DNA from: Diplonema japonicum
Lineage: Eukaryota; Protista; Euglenozoa: Diplonemea
Length of the DNA stretch: 64,000 bases
NCBI GenBank assembly: GCA_964019335.1
Contig: OZ025669.1
Coordinates: 558,001 to 622,000, forward strand
Direction of reading: 5' to 3'
Positions 21,901-35,259 of this stretch are shown here, piece by piece; position 1 is the stretch's first letter, and each line of letters starts with the position of its first letter. The notes under the pieces were generated by a model, which saw nothing but the letters and a program-made list of their open reading frames with translations, searched no databases and was not told the DNA's origin. The position numbers were made by a program, and so were the translations under genes.

Positions 21901-24816
21901 CCCTGGCAGGGCATCTTTGCTTGACCTCGTCACGTCGTCCGCCCACAAGTAAAGGTGGAACTTCTCACATGACTGTCGTTTGACAGCAGCCGCCACTACC
22001 GATTCGTACACCTTGAGAACGTAGTGGCCCTTTTCAAGCTGCTGTGTTCTGATCTCCTCACCGTCGAAGATGGCCTTCCCACGGATGGAGCCGCAATCGT
22101 TGCACGACGTGAAGAGGGCGTCAGAGCACATGCACACATCAAGATAGATGTGCTGGAACTTGAAGTTGTACTTCACCAATGCCTTGAACACGGCTGGTTT
22201 CGTGATGGTGAAGTTGATATGGGTGTGCGGCATGGTCCTATCAGAGCGGTGGGTGTAGATCTTATCGTGCTCAAAGGGCATAGTAAGAGGGGTGAGGAGG
22301 TCGCCGCTGGGGAGGACCTCATCGCAAGGGAGCCCCGCGTTGTCATCTTGCTGCACAATCGCAGTAGTGGAGAGCTGCATCATGAAAGTCTCACACGTGG
22401 CCGCATCCTCGTGGAAGGACAGTCTGAGTTGGTAGGTTTGACCCGAGAGGAAGTTGAACATCATCCAAGGCAGCCCTTCGTACAGCTCTTCGATGGTAGG
22501 TGCCTCGCCACTGCTGTCCGCACCACCTTCAGGCTTATCCTGGGTTACCTTTAGCTCATTCCATTCATCACCTACTTTCTTCCACATGCTGGCAGATACG
22601 CCTGTTTTCGTCTCGATAATCTGGAAGTGGAGAAGACCTGTTTCTGTGGGAGAAAACTCAATGGAATGGGTCTTGTGGGAAGGGATCGTGAAAAGCTCGA
22701 AAATGTGCTTCGTTGTGTGGTGCTGCAGCTCGAGCTTGTCGGGCAGGTTGCGCGAGTCTTCGCAGATGAATGCCGTTTCGATGGGAGCGATGAGCAGATC
22801 CATCGAGTACTCGACCTGCTGGGGGTGCCCCTCCATCTCGCCAGGCTCCTCCGTTGCCTGCACGAAGGCCGTCATCAGCTTGAGTGTGTAGTCACCGGGC
22901 ATTAAGTCTTCGTCCAGCTGCGTGAGGCGCAGGTCGTTCGTGGAGTAGACACGAACAGCCTCAAAATCCTCTCCTTCATCTGTACCCTTTTTCAATGGAG
23001 CAACTGGCTCCTCCTCCTGCAAGGGGTTCGCCGTCTCGAGCACAGCGACTACATCTCCTTGAAGGAAGTCACGTGCGATGCTGAGGCGGAAAGCAGAAGC
23101 GAATTCCAAGGTGAAGGTCCACGAGGCGATAGTCTGCTGCGTCCAGTACGGCGAAGTGAGCTTCTTCGAAAAGGCGTACTCGACATCCTTGTGTCCTGTG
23201 ATAGTCGTGAAGTTCACAATGCCCATCGGCTCCTGCAGTTTTGAGAAGTCTAAGTCCTCGCCGGGCACCTCGGGGACCGAAGTCTCGGGTGGAGACAACT
23301 TGACGATCGGCATGAGCTCAATGCGCGTAAGGAACTTGTCGCAGAAGGGGATCCATTCGTTGATTTCGATGTCAGGTGAGTAAACGTTCTGCGACTCCGT
23401 GAAATAGATAGAGTACTGCGTCTTCGCCTTCAACGAGTAGACGATACCCCTTGGCTGCTCGTCATAGACTTCTGTGTGTGTGAGGATCTCACTGGTGTCC
23501 TCGCTCTTCAAGGTGATCTTGACGGACACGGTGGGGTGCTCCACGTATATCCTAAGGAGACTGTCCTTGTCGGGTAGCACCTTGGTTCTCTGCACGCCAG
23601 TGTCGCGGTCGATGCCCACAAGCTGGTATACATGGAGGGAGGACGACATCGCGTCGTAGTAGCCAGGCATCATGTTGAGAACTGCCGGAAGGGGTGTCGC
23701 GTCACAGTTGATGGGGTCTTCCTGTTCTCTGACAGGCGTCAGGATAGCCGTTACATGGAACGGGACGCAAAGATCCTTCTTCATTTGTACCTCTTTCCTG
23801 TTGTAGACCCACAGCTTGTACTCGGATGGGACGCTCGTGTCGATGTCGTCAACCTGCTTACGCGACGTGAGCACTGTCTGCAGAAACATCGTGTTCTTCC
23901 ACCAACCACGCTTGCCCGTGGCAATGAAGGCGCCTTCTGTTTTGGAGATACACTCTTCAATATCAACGTCACCGCAGTCACCGTACTGGAAGGAATAAGG
24001 CGTCACGACCATGCCGATGCTACCACCGAGTATGAAATCAGCAGAAAGGACGACCTTGAGAAGGTACTCCGAACGCATGCCGGTGAGGTGGGGAAGCGTG
24101 ATCTTGTTGAAATTGTGCATCTCGCTGCCGAGTTTCAAAAATGTCATATTTTTGGCGTCGGGCTGGGGCTTGACGTACCCGGTGTGCTCCTGGTAGATCC
24201 TGACAGTCTCCATGTCTGCTATGGTTTTGAACTCGTTGTCATTGTTGAGGAGGCCCGGCTCCCTGTTGTTGAGGTCTTGGATGACATCTAGATCGATGAT
24301 CCCTGCTGACAAGCAGGCCTCGTTGGTGATATCGATGAAATTGATGATTTTATCGTACACGTAGCCAAGTTCAAGGTTCACGGAAGGACAGTGCTGCTGA
24401 GTGATGATCCGGTACATGAAGATGACGTCGTACCCCTTACCCGTTGTGAGCTGTGCGTGTAGCATGCGTTCCACTGAGGACGCTTCGATAGTTTTCGCGG
24501 TCTTGTCGTCCTCCATGAACACCATTTTGAGCTCGATGCCGTCCGCGTGCGACACGCTCACTCTGAGAAAGCCGTCTTCCAGCACCTGCTTTATCGTCAT
24601 ACGGTGTTCTACAAAACCCGTTTCGTTGTTGAACACCTCGCCGGGTGCCCCGTCCTCCAGCCGGTACTCCCCTGTTAGGTGTACTTCTCTGTTCTCCGCT
24701 CGCTCAACGATGTTAATCAGATCCAAGTCAAATGGCAGTAAACTGCTGAGACACGGCGAATGTCCCATGACACCGGCGGCCGCCAGCATCACAATCAACA
24801 CTAGCCGCTGCATCAT
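18952..24816 (-). CDS. ~1900-aa type I membrane protein: signal peptide, repeated Cys-bracketed beta modules, Cys-rich unit, Pro/Thr stalk, TM, acidic tail
   Basis: 5.3-kb first exon; introns 19485-19518, 19204-19252 and 19069-19132 join the stalk, TM (GLVLVIILVVLTAIVAVY) and tail ending ..DVQSRPEV*. Confidence 0.85.
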
Positions 24817-25017
24817 TTTGTGGTCCCTCCGCCCCTCCCTCTTTTTTTTTTTTTTTTTGCATGTTGTGTGGTGCGGATTTTTTCACGTTCAAAAAAAAGA
24901 AAGAATATTTTTTTTTTTAAAAAAAGAAAATAAGCTAGAAAAATGCGGGGTCGATTTTATTTTTCTTCCTTTTTTTTTTTTTAAAAAAAACCCTTTTAAA
25001 AACCCCCCCCTTTTTTT

Positions 25018-26127
25018 TTAGTTTTGTGTTGACACCTCGATGCCCTCTCTGGAGCAGTGTTCTAGCAACCCTTCTGGCGGGAAGAATTCAATAGGTGGTG
25101 CTACTTGTTTGTTCGTTTCCGGGAAGTAAATTGTTTTGTCGGCACGCAGAACAATTTTTGAACAAGCTTTCCTGGGGGTACCGTCGACGCTGTACGCGAT
25201 GGAGTTGTTGGCTATTGTGAAGGCGATGGCCCTACCGGTGAGGCGGTCTTTGAAGGAAGGGGGTGGTGCTTCGGTAGAAACCCATTTATTCATGGCGAGG
25301 GACAGTTTCTTGGTCTTCTGCTTCGACGCCGCCAGCAAGCTGTTGTACAGCTTCCGCACTGAAGGGTCGTTTGTGTCCACGTCCCGTAGCACACTTTTCG
25401 CAACGTCAAGGTCTCGCTGGAGATGGCTCAGCGCCTCTGCGTATTTATAAGCGCTTTTTGCATTTTTAGGATCTAGTTTCCAAGCTTCTCTGGCATACTT
25501 TCTTGCTTCGGGCCACATGTCCATTCCCTTGTAACAGGCCGACATGTTTGTGTATATTTTTATTCTCCGGTTGACGTCGTTTCCACCATATTGCAGGGCG
25601 GTCTTGTACTGTTTCAAGGCTTCTGTGTACTCCTTGGCTTTGTATCGGTTGTTCCCTTCTCCTCGGAGTGCGTCGCCTTTTGATGCCATTTCATCTTCGG
25701 TTAGGTCTTGGAAACCGTCGCCTTCTGGTAGCATGGCAGCTGTTTCTTCGTTTAAAATGCTTGAAGATATTACGGTCAAGTCCTTTGCAGTGTTTGCTGC
25801 CTCTAAGCTTCGCAACACGCTTTCCCCAAAGATGACTCTGCCGACTATTTTTCCAAATTTATTTAAATGGCAGATTGTGTCAGGGCTGCCCATGGTTATG
25901 TACACAGAGCCCTTGTGGACTCCAACTAGGCCCGGACCGGTATGGGGGGTCTCATTCCCATTGTTCGTTTCTATGTTTTCACCATTTGCTCCAAACACCA
26001 TCACGCAGCCTTGTATCACTTGCTGTACATTTGTGATTTCTGTTACGCCGCACGTGGGCTCGATTTCTAGCGTCACTGTCCCAAGCTGGCTCTCCTTCTT
26101 GCACACTTCTATGCTAATATAGCGCAT
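25018..26127 (-). CDS. Cyclophilin-40-like protein (degenerate cyclophilin domain + TPRs)
   Basis: HTGPGLV, GRVIFGESVLRSLE; TPRs LRGEGNNRYKAKEYTEALKQY, YTNMSACY, LDPKNAKSAY. Confidence 0.8.
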   Translation of the reverse strand: MRYISIEVCKKESQLGTVTLEIEPTCGVTEITNVQQVIQGCVMVFGANGENIETNNGNETPHTGPGLVGVHKGSVYITMGSPDTICHLNKFGKIVGRVIFGESVLRSLEAANTAKDLTVISSSILNEETAAMLPEGDGFQDLTEDEMASKGDALRGEGNNRYKAKEYTEALKQYKTALQYGGNDVNRRIKIYTNMSACYKGMDMWPEARKYAREAWKLDPKNAKSAYKYAEALSHLQRDLDVAKSVLRDVDTNDPSVRKLYNSLLAASKQKTKKLSLAMNKWVSTEAPPPSFKDRLTGRAIAFTIANNSIAYSVDGTPRKACSKIVLRADKTIYFPETNKQVAPPIEFFPPEGLLEHCSREGIEVSTQN

Positions 26128-26174
26128 TTCCCGGATTTTTGCCTGTACATGGTCTATATGGGAAAAGAACGGAA

Positions 26175-26214
<40 letters not shown>

Positions 26215-26585
26215 AGACGTCGCTCAAAATAAGGAACATGGAGAGGGAAAGAGGGGGAAGAAGAAATAAAAAAAAAGAAAAAAAAAAAAAAAAAGTGTGC
26301 ATGAGTGAAATGAATGAAAAAAAAAAATGAGTGTGTCCTTCTTACGGTGAATCTGGGCCATATGAAATGAACTTTTTTTTAATTTTTTCCATCCTCTTCC
26401 CCCTTTTTTTTGCTCTCTTTCTTTTTTTTGTATCTCCTTCTTTTTTGTTTCTTCTTTCTTCTATTGAACAAATCCCCCCCCCCCCCCCCTCATAAAAAGA
26501 AATCATCGGAAGTTTCACCCCCCCCCCCCCCTTCTTCTTCTCACACTTTCTTTCACCCAACCATGCTCCCCCTCCCCCCTTTTTT

Positions 26586-27774
26586 TTAATTCTCCTTCTC
26601 TCCCTTCTTTAGCATGCTTTGTATTTTCTTTCCTTTGTTTTTACCGGCACTACGCCGCATATTGATGCGGACAACTTTGAGCCCGATTGTGGTAAGGCAC
26701 ATCATGATTAGGGAAAGGAAGGATACGATGAGCGCAAGGACGCAGAGCTGGGTGGTAGTCAGCAATGTGAACCCAGCTTTGTAGGCAACAAGAAACCCCA
26801 TTGAGTAAGAGAACAGGGTACTTGAAAGAACATCTAAGGTAGTAGAGGTACTAAGGGACGTATCGAAGATCCTCCAATGGATCAAAGAGGCACGGAGCGA
26901 AAAGAGGAAAAGCGAGGGAAGGACACATGCCGCTAGGACTCGTAGTAATTCGTTCTCCGATAACCCGTGCATCCTTGTTCCTCTGATTTGTGTTTGAAGT
27001 TTCAGCATCTCCTTGATATTCTCTTTGGAAGACAGCATCCTGTCCAGCTTCTTGGTCTTCCCGACCGCCTTCAGCCTACCTGCTATGTACTTCGCCAAAT
27101 TCTTAGACCGTGTGCCCACGAGCTCTTCCGTGCTGCGCATTAGCGTCTGGTGTTTTTCAACTTGTTCTTGAATTGCTGATTTAAAGCCCTCGTAGCTGGT
27201 TTGGATTTCAACAGCCTACAAGTGGGTATATGTTTTTTTTTTGGGGGTTTTTTTTTTTTTTTTTTACCTGTTCAAATTTGTCAGCATTTTTTTCCGCATC
27301 CAAGGCGTTCTTTGCCTTCAGGGTTGCGTAGTGGTACGGGAAGGCCGACATTTCACTTTCGAGAAGCTGAGAGGGGGATTTTTTTTTTTTTTTCATTCAC
27401 ATACTGCAGAGAATGACGCTATCACCGCCCCATCTTCATATACGTCCCATTTCTTATGCTTGATGGCCATCTGATGATGGTTTGTGTGTGTGTTTTGTGG
27501 GTACCTTTGTCATATGCTTTGAGCACGATGCTAAAACCTCATCCAGGCTTTTCGGTTTGGTGCGTTTCTTCGTGTTGCTGCTATCGGTGTTTCTACCAGC
27601 ACTGTCTTCGGTGAATCTGTGTCTCGGTCTTTCATCCTTTTTTCTTTCTTTCTTTTTTTTTTTTTTTTTCAATACCTCTACAACGTCTTCTACCACAACA
27701 ACTTCATCGTCTTCATAATTCGACTCATGTGCCACTATAGCAGTTAAACAGGTTACAAAGATCAATATTTTCAT
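26586..27774 (-). CDS. Hypothetical secreted or membrane protein with signal peptide and C-terminal TM helices
   Basis: MKILIFVTCLTAIVA start; introns 27637-27675 (less certain), 27471-27504, 27367-27404 and 27216-27267 join into one frame with ORF 26586-27140. Confidence 0.7.
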
Positions 27775-28620
27775 GTTTTTTTTTTTAAATTTTATCGTTC
27801 TTTTTTTTCTTCCGCTTTCACCCACTCTCCCTGAACACGGATTGTTTGCTGGACATAAATATAGAAAAGAAAAAAAAAAGAGGGGGGGGAGGCATGAAAC
27901 ATTGTCGATGTAGTACAGGGCAAGTCCCACTAGAACGCCCTTGAAGAAAAAGAAGAAAAATAAAAAGAAAAAAAAGAGGGGAAAATAAGAAAGGCGGAGG
28001 TAAAAAAAAAAGGGGGTAGAGAGAAGAAAAATAAAAGAGAAGAGGGAAAAGAAAAAAAAAAGAAAGAAACACAATAGCATAGCGAAATCTATGAGGGGGT
28101 GGGAATGAGAATTTGGGAAAGGGTATAAATAAACTTTCTTCTTCTTTTTTTTTCTTTTTTTTTTTTTTCCTTCTTCCCTCCTTCTTGACATGTGTATTTT
28201 ATTTTCTTCTTCAGACACAAGTGATTGGAACAACAATCAGCCCATAAACGGATGACGGTGTCAAGAAGTGTGGCAAAAAAAGAAAAACAAAAAAAAAAAC
28301 AAAAAAACAAAAAAGAAAGGAATAAAAGAATTACAAATAAAGTGGAGGAAAAAAAAAAAGAAAGGGGGACAGGGAAAATCTAAAAGGAAAAAAAAAAAAA
28401 GAAATCTGGTTGCAAGATCTATAACCATGGGATGCACCACCCCCTTCGCTGTACCCCCCCCTCTCCGCCCCATCCATCCCCCTCCCCTTTTTTCAAAGTT
28501 GATGAAAAAGAAAAGGGGAGAAGCGAGAAAAAAAAAGGGGGGAAACGAAAGATGGAGGAACAAAAAAAAGGGGGGCGGAGGGGGACAAGTTTATAATAAT
28601 AAATGAAATATAAAAAAAAT

Positions 28621-31579
28621 CTAAATTGCTTGAATCGATCTGTTGACAAGATTCTGAAGCTGGACGACCTGCGTGTGATTTTTTTTTCTCTTTTTTTTTT
28701 CCCCATACCTCATTATCAAGCCTACTCCTCTGCTCGGGACCCGTCTGGGGGAGGTAGCAAGTGTGAAGTAGCCCGCTGATATTATCGACTTTAGCTTTGA
28801 TCTTTGACTCCATGATGGTCTTTAAGGCTTCGCGGTCCTTGGTGTGAGTGGCCAGGGCTCTTTGAAGATTAAGGACTTCACGCTGCGAGTTAACCATCTG
28901 ACCTTGGGAGGCCTGTAGGTGCTCTAGCTGTTCCTGGTACTGCTTTGCCAGGCCGTGTGCTTCAGATAGCTCTTTCTGTTGGGTCCTCAGCTGTCTTTCC
29001 AAGCTGCTCACCTTGGCCTGTTCCGCCTTGCCTACCTCTGTGACTTGCTTGTTCGACACATCGCTGAAGGGCGACCTGTCACCCTTCCTCGCTTCGATCT
29101 CCGCCTGCTGCACCTTCTCCCACAGCCTGTTGAGCTCTGTGCTCTGTGTGCCCTCCTGCGTGTCGTTGATGTTGTACCTCCTCTTCAACGAGAACAGTTC
29201 GAACTGCAGCCTCTCAGCCTCCTTGACAGCCTGTTGTCGTTGTTGGTTTTCACGTTTTAACATGACGCATACCAGTCTCTTCTCCGCTTCCTTGGCGTCA
29301 AGGTCTCTTTTGATGGCGCTGTTCCTCTCCTCGTAAGGGGTCTTGATGTTCGCCATCTCCTTGTTGATGATCTCCTTCATTTTGATGTGGTACTCGGGGT
29401 GCTGTGTGGGGTTTTTTTTTTTTCTAATTTTCTCGTTCTGCTGATGGTCTCATACCTGCACGCCGTCGAGCCTGCTGAGCTCCAGAGTGTACTCCGCGTT
29501 GCGTAGACGCTCCTCAGCAAGCTGGTGGCGACTCCTCCACTGTTCCACCTGTTGTTGTGTTGTTGTAGTTTCTGTGAAGCGGCATACCTCTCTCTTGTAC
29601 GCAGCCACACGGTCCGACACGGCCGCCTGTACCATGGCCTGGAGCCTTTCCTTCACAAGGTACTCAACAGCTGTCTTTTCTTCCTGCGCTTCTTGCAGTC
29701 TGTCCCTGATGTTAGGCGGCTGCAACGCAAGCTCCTGCTTTAAGCTGATGACCAGCTGGTGCAGATCGAGGACCTTTTCCTCTGACGTGACGAAGTAGTC
29801 GTCGCCCTTCTCGCTGCCCTCAACAAGCCATTTCACCTGCCCGTTGATGACCTCTCTCTTCAGCTCATTGCTGCCCTGCGAGAAGGACCCCGGCAGTGAA
29901 GCTGCGGCCGCTGCAGACTGGCACTTGCATTTGGAGCATATGGAAGCACGCAGCATGGCTTCCGTGCGCTGGTCAAGCGCGTCCTCCATTAGTTTTTGTT
30001 GCTGGTCGTATGCATCAAGCTCCTCCTGCAGCAACAGGATGGACTCGTCCCTTTCGTTCAACCTGGCGGTCAGGGCGATCATGATGTCGCGCTGCTTCAG
30101 CAGCAGCTGCTTGTACCTGTCCACCTGTGCCTTGTCTTCTTCGATCACCTGGCGCTCCTTGTCCAACTCGTCGAGGCGTGCCATGTACTCAGCAGACACC
30201 TTGTGGATGGCGTCTGTGAAGTGGGGGTCCTGTACCTTGTCGCCCTCTGCAGCAGCTGCTGCCGCCGCTGCCGCTGTGCCTGGCGGGATGCCTTGCTTCC
30301 TCTCCTCGAGCACTGTGTTCAACTGCTCCCTGAGGCGTTCAAGCTCCCTCTCGTACTTCTTGATCAGCCCCTTCTGCCCGATGTCCTCGTTCACGACTGC
30401 CTCGTTCTTGATGTTCTTCGCACGGTTCGCGTACTTCAATGTGGACAGCGACTCTGTGTAAGACTCGGGTGCGGGAGAGATGGTGGCGATCATGGTGGTC
30501 TTGCAGTTCCCACCAAGGGAGTCCTCGAGGATCCTGGTGAGCTTCGAGTCTCTGTAAGGGACGTGCTGCCTTGTGGCGGGGTCTCTGCACGTGGTGAGGG
30601 CAGCGATGACGTTGCCTAGGTGTGAGAGGGACTTGTTGATGTACTTGGATTCCTCAAGCCTCTGCCCGGTGGCACCTGTCTGGCGCACCTTTTCGGATCC
30701 TGCCAAGTCGACGATGTTGAGCTGCCCGACCTTCACCCTGCTGACCTGCTCGTTGTCGCCCTCGCCTTCCATCGTGGTTTCACACACCACAATCCTGAAG
30801 ATGGCGTGGGAGCGGGAGGAGAGGGAAGACATCTTGGTGTTGCCGGTGACACGTTGCGTGCCGCCCTTTTCCATGAGGGTGCAGATTTCCTGAGGGGAAC
30901 GGACGGGCCAGGAGGACAGCTGCTTCACGTAGACGCCCTTGTCCTTGCCCTCTCGGATGAAGAGGCCCTGCGCACATGGCTTGAGGAGGTCGGAGATCAC
31001 TTCGTTGTAGATTTGCATGTAAGACGCACGGACTTGGAAACGCTTGTTTTCCGGGCAGGATTTTATGTAATCGAAGATGTCTTCTGTGGCGCGGGGGATG
31101 ATACCCTTCTCCTTCCCGATGCCCTCCATGGTGTAGGTCTTCCCTGTCCCTGTCTGCCCGTACGCGATCATGGTGGAGTTGTAGCCGGTGAGAACAGCCT
31201 CGACGGCGGGGCGGGCAGTGTTTTCATAGACATCACGCTGCTGGGCGTCTTGGTCGTATACCCTGTCGAAGGTGAATGCCTGTGAGGAGTACACCCCACC
31301 GCGACCGTCGTCTGTGTCAAGGTGCTCGATGATGGTGATGGTCTCATTATCATCAGGCGGGATTTTGACGATGCTGTAGAAGGCCCTGTCGTTCTCTAGT
31401 TCTCTAGGTGCAGGGGGCCTTACTCTGATAACTACCTTGAAGTTCTCGTTGGTGTTCTCGTGGGCTAGTTTGTCCCTTGGGTCCCGGGTCCTGCTTGCCT
31501 CGAACCTTTCGTTTTCGAAATCATTCTCGTCTTCCCCACCGCTTTGATATATCCCACTGTTGTGCCTCTTCAGAGGCAT
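28621..31579 (-). CDS. N-type kinesin with coiled-coil tail
   Basis: GQTGTGKT, SSRSH, DLAGSE, HVPYRDSKLT; introns 29549-29587, 29402-29455 and 28669-28708; ends ..LQNLVNRSIQAI*. Confidence 0.95.
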
Positions 31580-32200
31580 TGCCCCTCTTTTGTGAGCCGT
31601 CTTTCTAAAGAACTCGGCCCCTGAACCCCCCTCGCTGAGATGTGGTTTTTTTTTCTCTTTTTTTTTCCAATGTCAACGAGGAAAAATAAAACGCGGGAGG
31701 GAAAAAAAAGAAAAGGGTACGAGATTTGAGGAGAGGGGGGTTTTTTTTTTCGGGATAGAGTAAAAGATAAGGCAAGGCGAAGAAAAAATAAAGGGGGGGT
31801 GAAAAAAATGGCACAGAAAAAAAAAGTAAGAAAGAGGTTGTGGGAAAAAAAAAAATGTATGAGTGAGCGAAACAAGGTTGAGGGTTACTTCTTTTTTTCT
31901 TTTTTTTTTTGGAGTTTAAAATTTAAATACACCACTTCTTTCCCCCAACAGTTTCCTTTTTTTTTTCCTGAACCAAAAAAAAAAAAAAAAAAAAAAAAAA
32001 AAACACAAATGTCAGGGGGTGGAATAAGAGAACTCAATTTTTTTTTACTGGTCTATAGTACAAAGTTGGAGATATAAAAAAAAAAAAAAAAATTTCACTT
32101 AGTGGTCCAATAAGTCCCAAGAAAAAAAAAAAAAACTGCCGGCTTTTTGCACACAATAGCGACACATAGTCGGCCCATTTTTTTTTTTTTTTTTTTTTCC

Positions 32201-32297
32201 TCAGTTAGAACCATAAGTGCTTTCACCACTGTACTTTATGTAAAGGAAGCCGTCTTCATCTTTAGACTCGTTGTACAGAGATTGCATAAGTGCAGCT

Positions 32298-32329
<32 letters not shown>

Positions 32330-32628
32330 TTCTTCTTGTTACCCTCCATACCAGTTGGAGGCAGCATCCCATCCACAAACAGGAACAATGCCTTCTCAGG
32401 TGCAAGCTTTATCCTCTTCCTTACAACATAGATAAACTGACCAACATTCAGGTCCATAGGGACCAAATATTTCGTCTTGTCAATATTGGGCACGTCCGAC
32501 TGGGAGTGCTTCTCACAGATAACTGGGATCCGGTCAGGGTACTTCTTCAATATCCTCTCGGCCTCGGTTTTCCGGCTCTCCAGAGACCTCCCCTGTTTGT
32601 ACTGGTACTCTTGGCTGCCACGACCCAT
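32201..32628 (-). CDS. ATG8: Autophagy ubiquitin-like protein ATG8
   Basis: [17 protein letters not shown]; removing intron 32296-32351 restores [31 protein letters not shown]. Confidence 0.97.
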
Positions 32629-33951
32629 TTTTTTTTTTTTTTTTTTTCCCTCGTTTTTTTTTTTTTTTTTTTTTTTTCTTGTAAAGGAATCAAAAAAAAT
32701 ATCAAAAAGTTTTTTTTTTTTCTTTAAATTTTTTTTTTGTTTTTTTTGAGGGTATTACCCATAAGCTGGAGGTGAAAGAGAAGGGGAGAGTGTTTTAAAA
32801 AAAAGAGGGGGAGGGGAAACATACATGCAAACTCCTAAAGAGCTGCGTGCCCGGGAAGAAAGTACTAGGCAGGGCTTTAACCATCGATACCATCGTGTAG
32901 TCATCGATGAGTTCTGGCCAGGGAAAAAAAAAAAAAGAGATCGATAAAAAAAGGAAAAGGAAGAAGAAAAAAAAAAAGCAAAGGTAGATAGAAACCTTTC
33001 CTAAAAGTTTGGGGAAAGGACACGTGTTAACAGTAAGTTACATAGCAGTTAAATTGCATTGGGGGAACCTTTTTTTTTTGTGTGTTTAATAGGGCTTTTA
33101 TCAAGACCTCCTACCCTCCACCCCTATCTTTTTTTTCTTTTTTTTTCCCGCCTCCTATTTTCTCTTACTTTTCGCCTCTTTTTTTTGTTTTTTTGTTTTT
33201 TTTTTTTTTTGTTCCCTTCGTTCGTCCATTAGCCCTTTTTTTGCTGGACTCAAAATCGGGGTGGGAAGAAAAAAAAAAAAAAAAAAAAAAAAAAGAAAGG
33301 GATAATGTAGAAACATGCAATTTTTGTCTTATTTCTCATTATGGCAAGGTAAAAGGGGCAAGAGGGACAACAAAAAAATAGTGGCATCTGTGACCCTAAG
33401 GGGGTCAGGCTTGACACGATTTTAAATAGATGTCTGGTTGATTCCACCCCCCGCCATGTTCAAAAAATAGAAAGAGAGAAAAGGAACCGGCAATCTGCGG
33501 ATCCTTTTCTCGGAAACAACTTGAGAATAAGAGGCGCGGGGGGGGAGGGGAAAAAAAGAAGAACAGTATTGAGGTTGTGAAAAGAAAAAGAAAATGTGTC
33601 GTTCTCTTCCTCACTATCGCTCGTTTGTTTTTATTTTCTCTTTTTTTTTTTTAAAAAAAACATATTTCTCCCTCATTTATTTTCTTCTTCTCTCTTTTTT
33701 TTTTCCCCCCTCTTTTTTTTTGTGAAAAAATAAAAAAAAAATAATCAAGTGGCATGAAGCCAAGGAAAAAAAAAGGGGAGGAAAAAAAAAACGAGAAGAA
33801 TAAGAAGGAGAAAAAAAAAGACGAAAAATAAAACTCTGAGACAACAATGAAAATTCAAGGGAAAATTAAAAAAAAAAATAAAAAAAAAAAAACCAGAGCC
33901 GGGTGTGGGGGGAGAAGAAAAGAAAAAAAAAAACGAGAGAGAAAAAAAAAA

Positions 33952-35259
33952 TCAGTTCTTTTTTATCTCCTTCCCTTCAAGTTTAATGTTCAGATTAAAC
34001 CTGGGGCCCCACCAGCAAGTCCTCAGCCTGGTTTTGATCGCATTCTTCTTGTCCTCATGGGTCCAAATTCCACGAGGATCGACCATTTTCTTAGCAAGCT
34101 CGTCATACTGCCTGAGAATAATCAAAAAGAAAAGCTCAAAAACATGAACATCTGTGAACATAGTTGCAGGGGCTGCTGTGTAGAGGCCCTCCTTGCAATC
34201 CTTTTCATAAAGCGGTTTATGTGTGGTCCAATGTGCCCCAGGGTACTTATGGTGAACAACGTGGTAGTCCTCTGACATTACATCAATAGGACCGTTCAGA
34301 ATTGTGATGGACCCAACAAAATCGTCTTCGGGATCGTCGGCGTTTAAAAAAGAATGCCAGCACCAGTTAATGCACGCCAACAGGAGAATGTTCTCCCCCA
34401 AGGGGAACAAAACATAAGCGAGGGCAAAGGAAGGGCTCATGATCCAAAAACCGTACACCCACAGAGCATACCATGCAGTCCCAATGTTCATCCAAGCAGC
34501 TGTCACATACTCCTTATCTTCAATGAACTGAAGCACAGTTGAAATGTTCACAGCGTACAAAAACTGTCTTGGAAGGTAACACAAAAAATTCCTCCCACTG
34601 TCTCTCGGTTTATCGGCGGTGGAGAGAACATCTTTAGGACCATTGTTGTATTTATGATGGTTGATAGCGTGTCCGAAGGAGAAGCTTGATGGGATCACTC
34701 CATAGAACAATCCAATCCACCAGTTGAACACGTATTGCATTGGATAATGATACGGCTTTTTGAAAATTCCAAGGAAATTGTGGCATTCCTTATGACAACT
34801 TGTGTATACGTACGCAAAGTTCATGAAATACGGGCCCAGACGGATGAGATGGTACACGAAACAGAGCTTTACTGAGAACCCGTGTTCCATAGTTTGTTGG
34901 AAGTGCCACAGGAAGAACAGAGGCACGCAGACACCAAGAAGGAACACTACATTGGGCATGAAGCTGTCGGCTTTGTTCCGTACGAATTTCTCGCCGAACC
35001 ATGCGGTGTGTATGTTTATTTTCTTCGCGATCCAGAACATTAAGCCGTCTTGAGGCCTTCCCATGAACCCTCTGTCAAGAAAATCCCACACCACAGTCGA
35101 GGCCACCGTCACCACCGTCAAGGGGAACAACGTGAAGAGCATCACAACCCCCACCACAAACCAGCACTTTTCGTGCCACAGCAAGTTCGGATGCTTTAAT
35201 GGCGCTTCTGCCAGCTTCTTCATAGCTAGATCCGTTACCTCCATAGTGTCCTTGCACAT
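33952..35259 (-). CDS. Membrane fatty-acid desaturase-family protein
   Basis: Three His boxes (HKECH, HAINHH, HVVHH) and multiple TM segments; start 35259 or 35244. Confidence 0.85.
   Translation of the reverse strand: MCKDTMEVTDLAMKKLAEAPLKHPNLLWHEKCWFVVGVVMLFTLFPLTVVTVASTVVWDFLDRGFMGRPQDGLMFWIAKKINIHTAWFGEKFVRNKADSFMPNVVFLLGVCVPLFFLWHFQQTMEHGFSVKLCFVYHLIRLGPYFMNFAYVYTSCHKECHNFLGIFKKPYHYPMQYVFNWWIGLFYGVIPSSFSFGHAINHHKYNNGPKDVLSTADKPRDSGRNFLCYLPRQFLYAVNISTVLQFIEDKEYVTAAWMNIGTAWYALWVYGFWIMSPSFALAYVLFPLGENILLLACINWCWHSFLNADDPEDDFVGSITILNGPIDVMSEDYHVVHHKYPGAHWTTHKPLYEKDCKEGLYTAAPATMFTDVHVFELFFLIILRQYDELAKKMVDPRGIWTHEDKKNAIKTRLRTCWWGPRFNLNIKLEGKEIKKN

Noticed and set aside
32878-32895. TTAACCATC resembling the left end of piggyBac copy 2
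   Set aside because: Match is only 9 nt and no partner end was found
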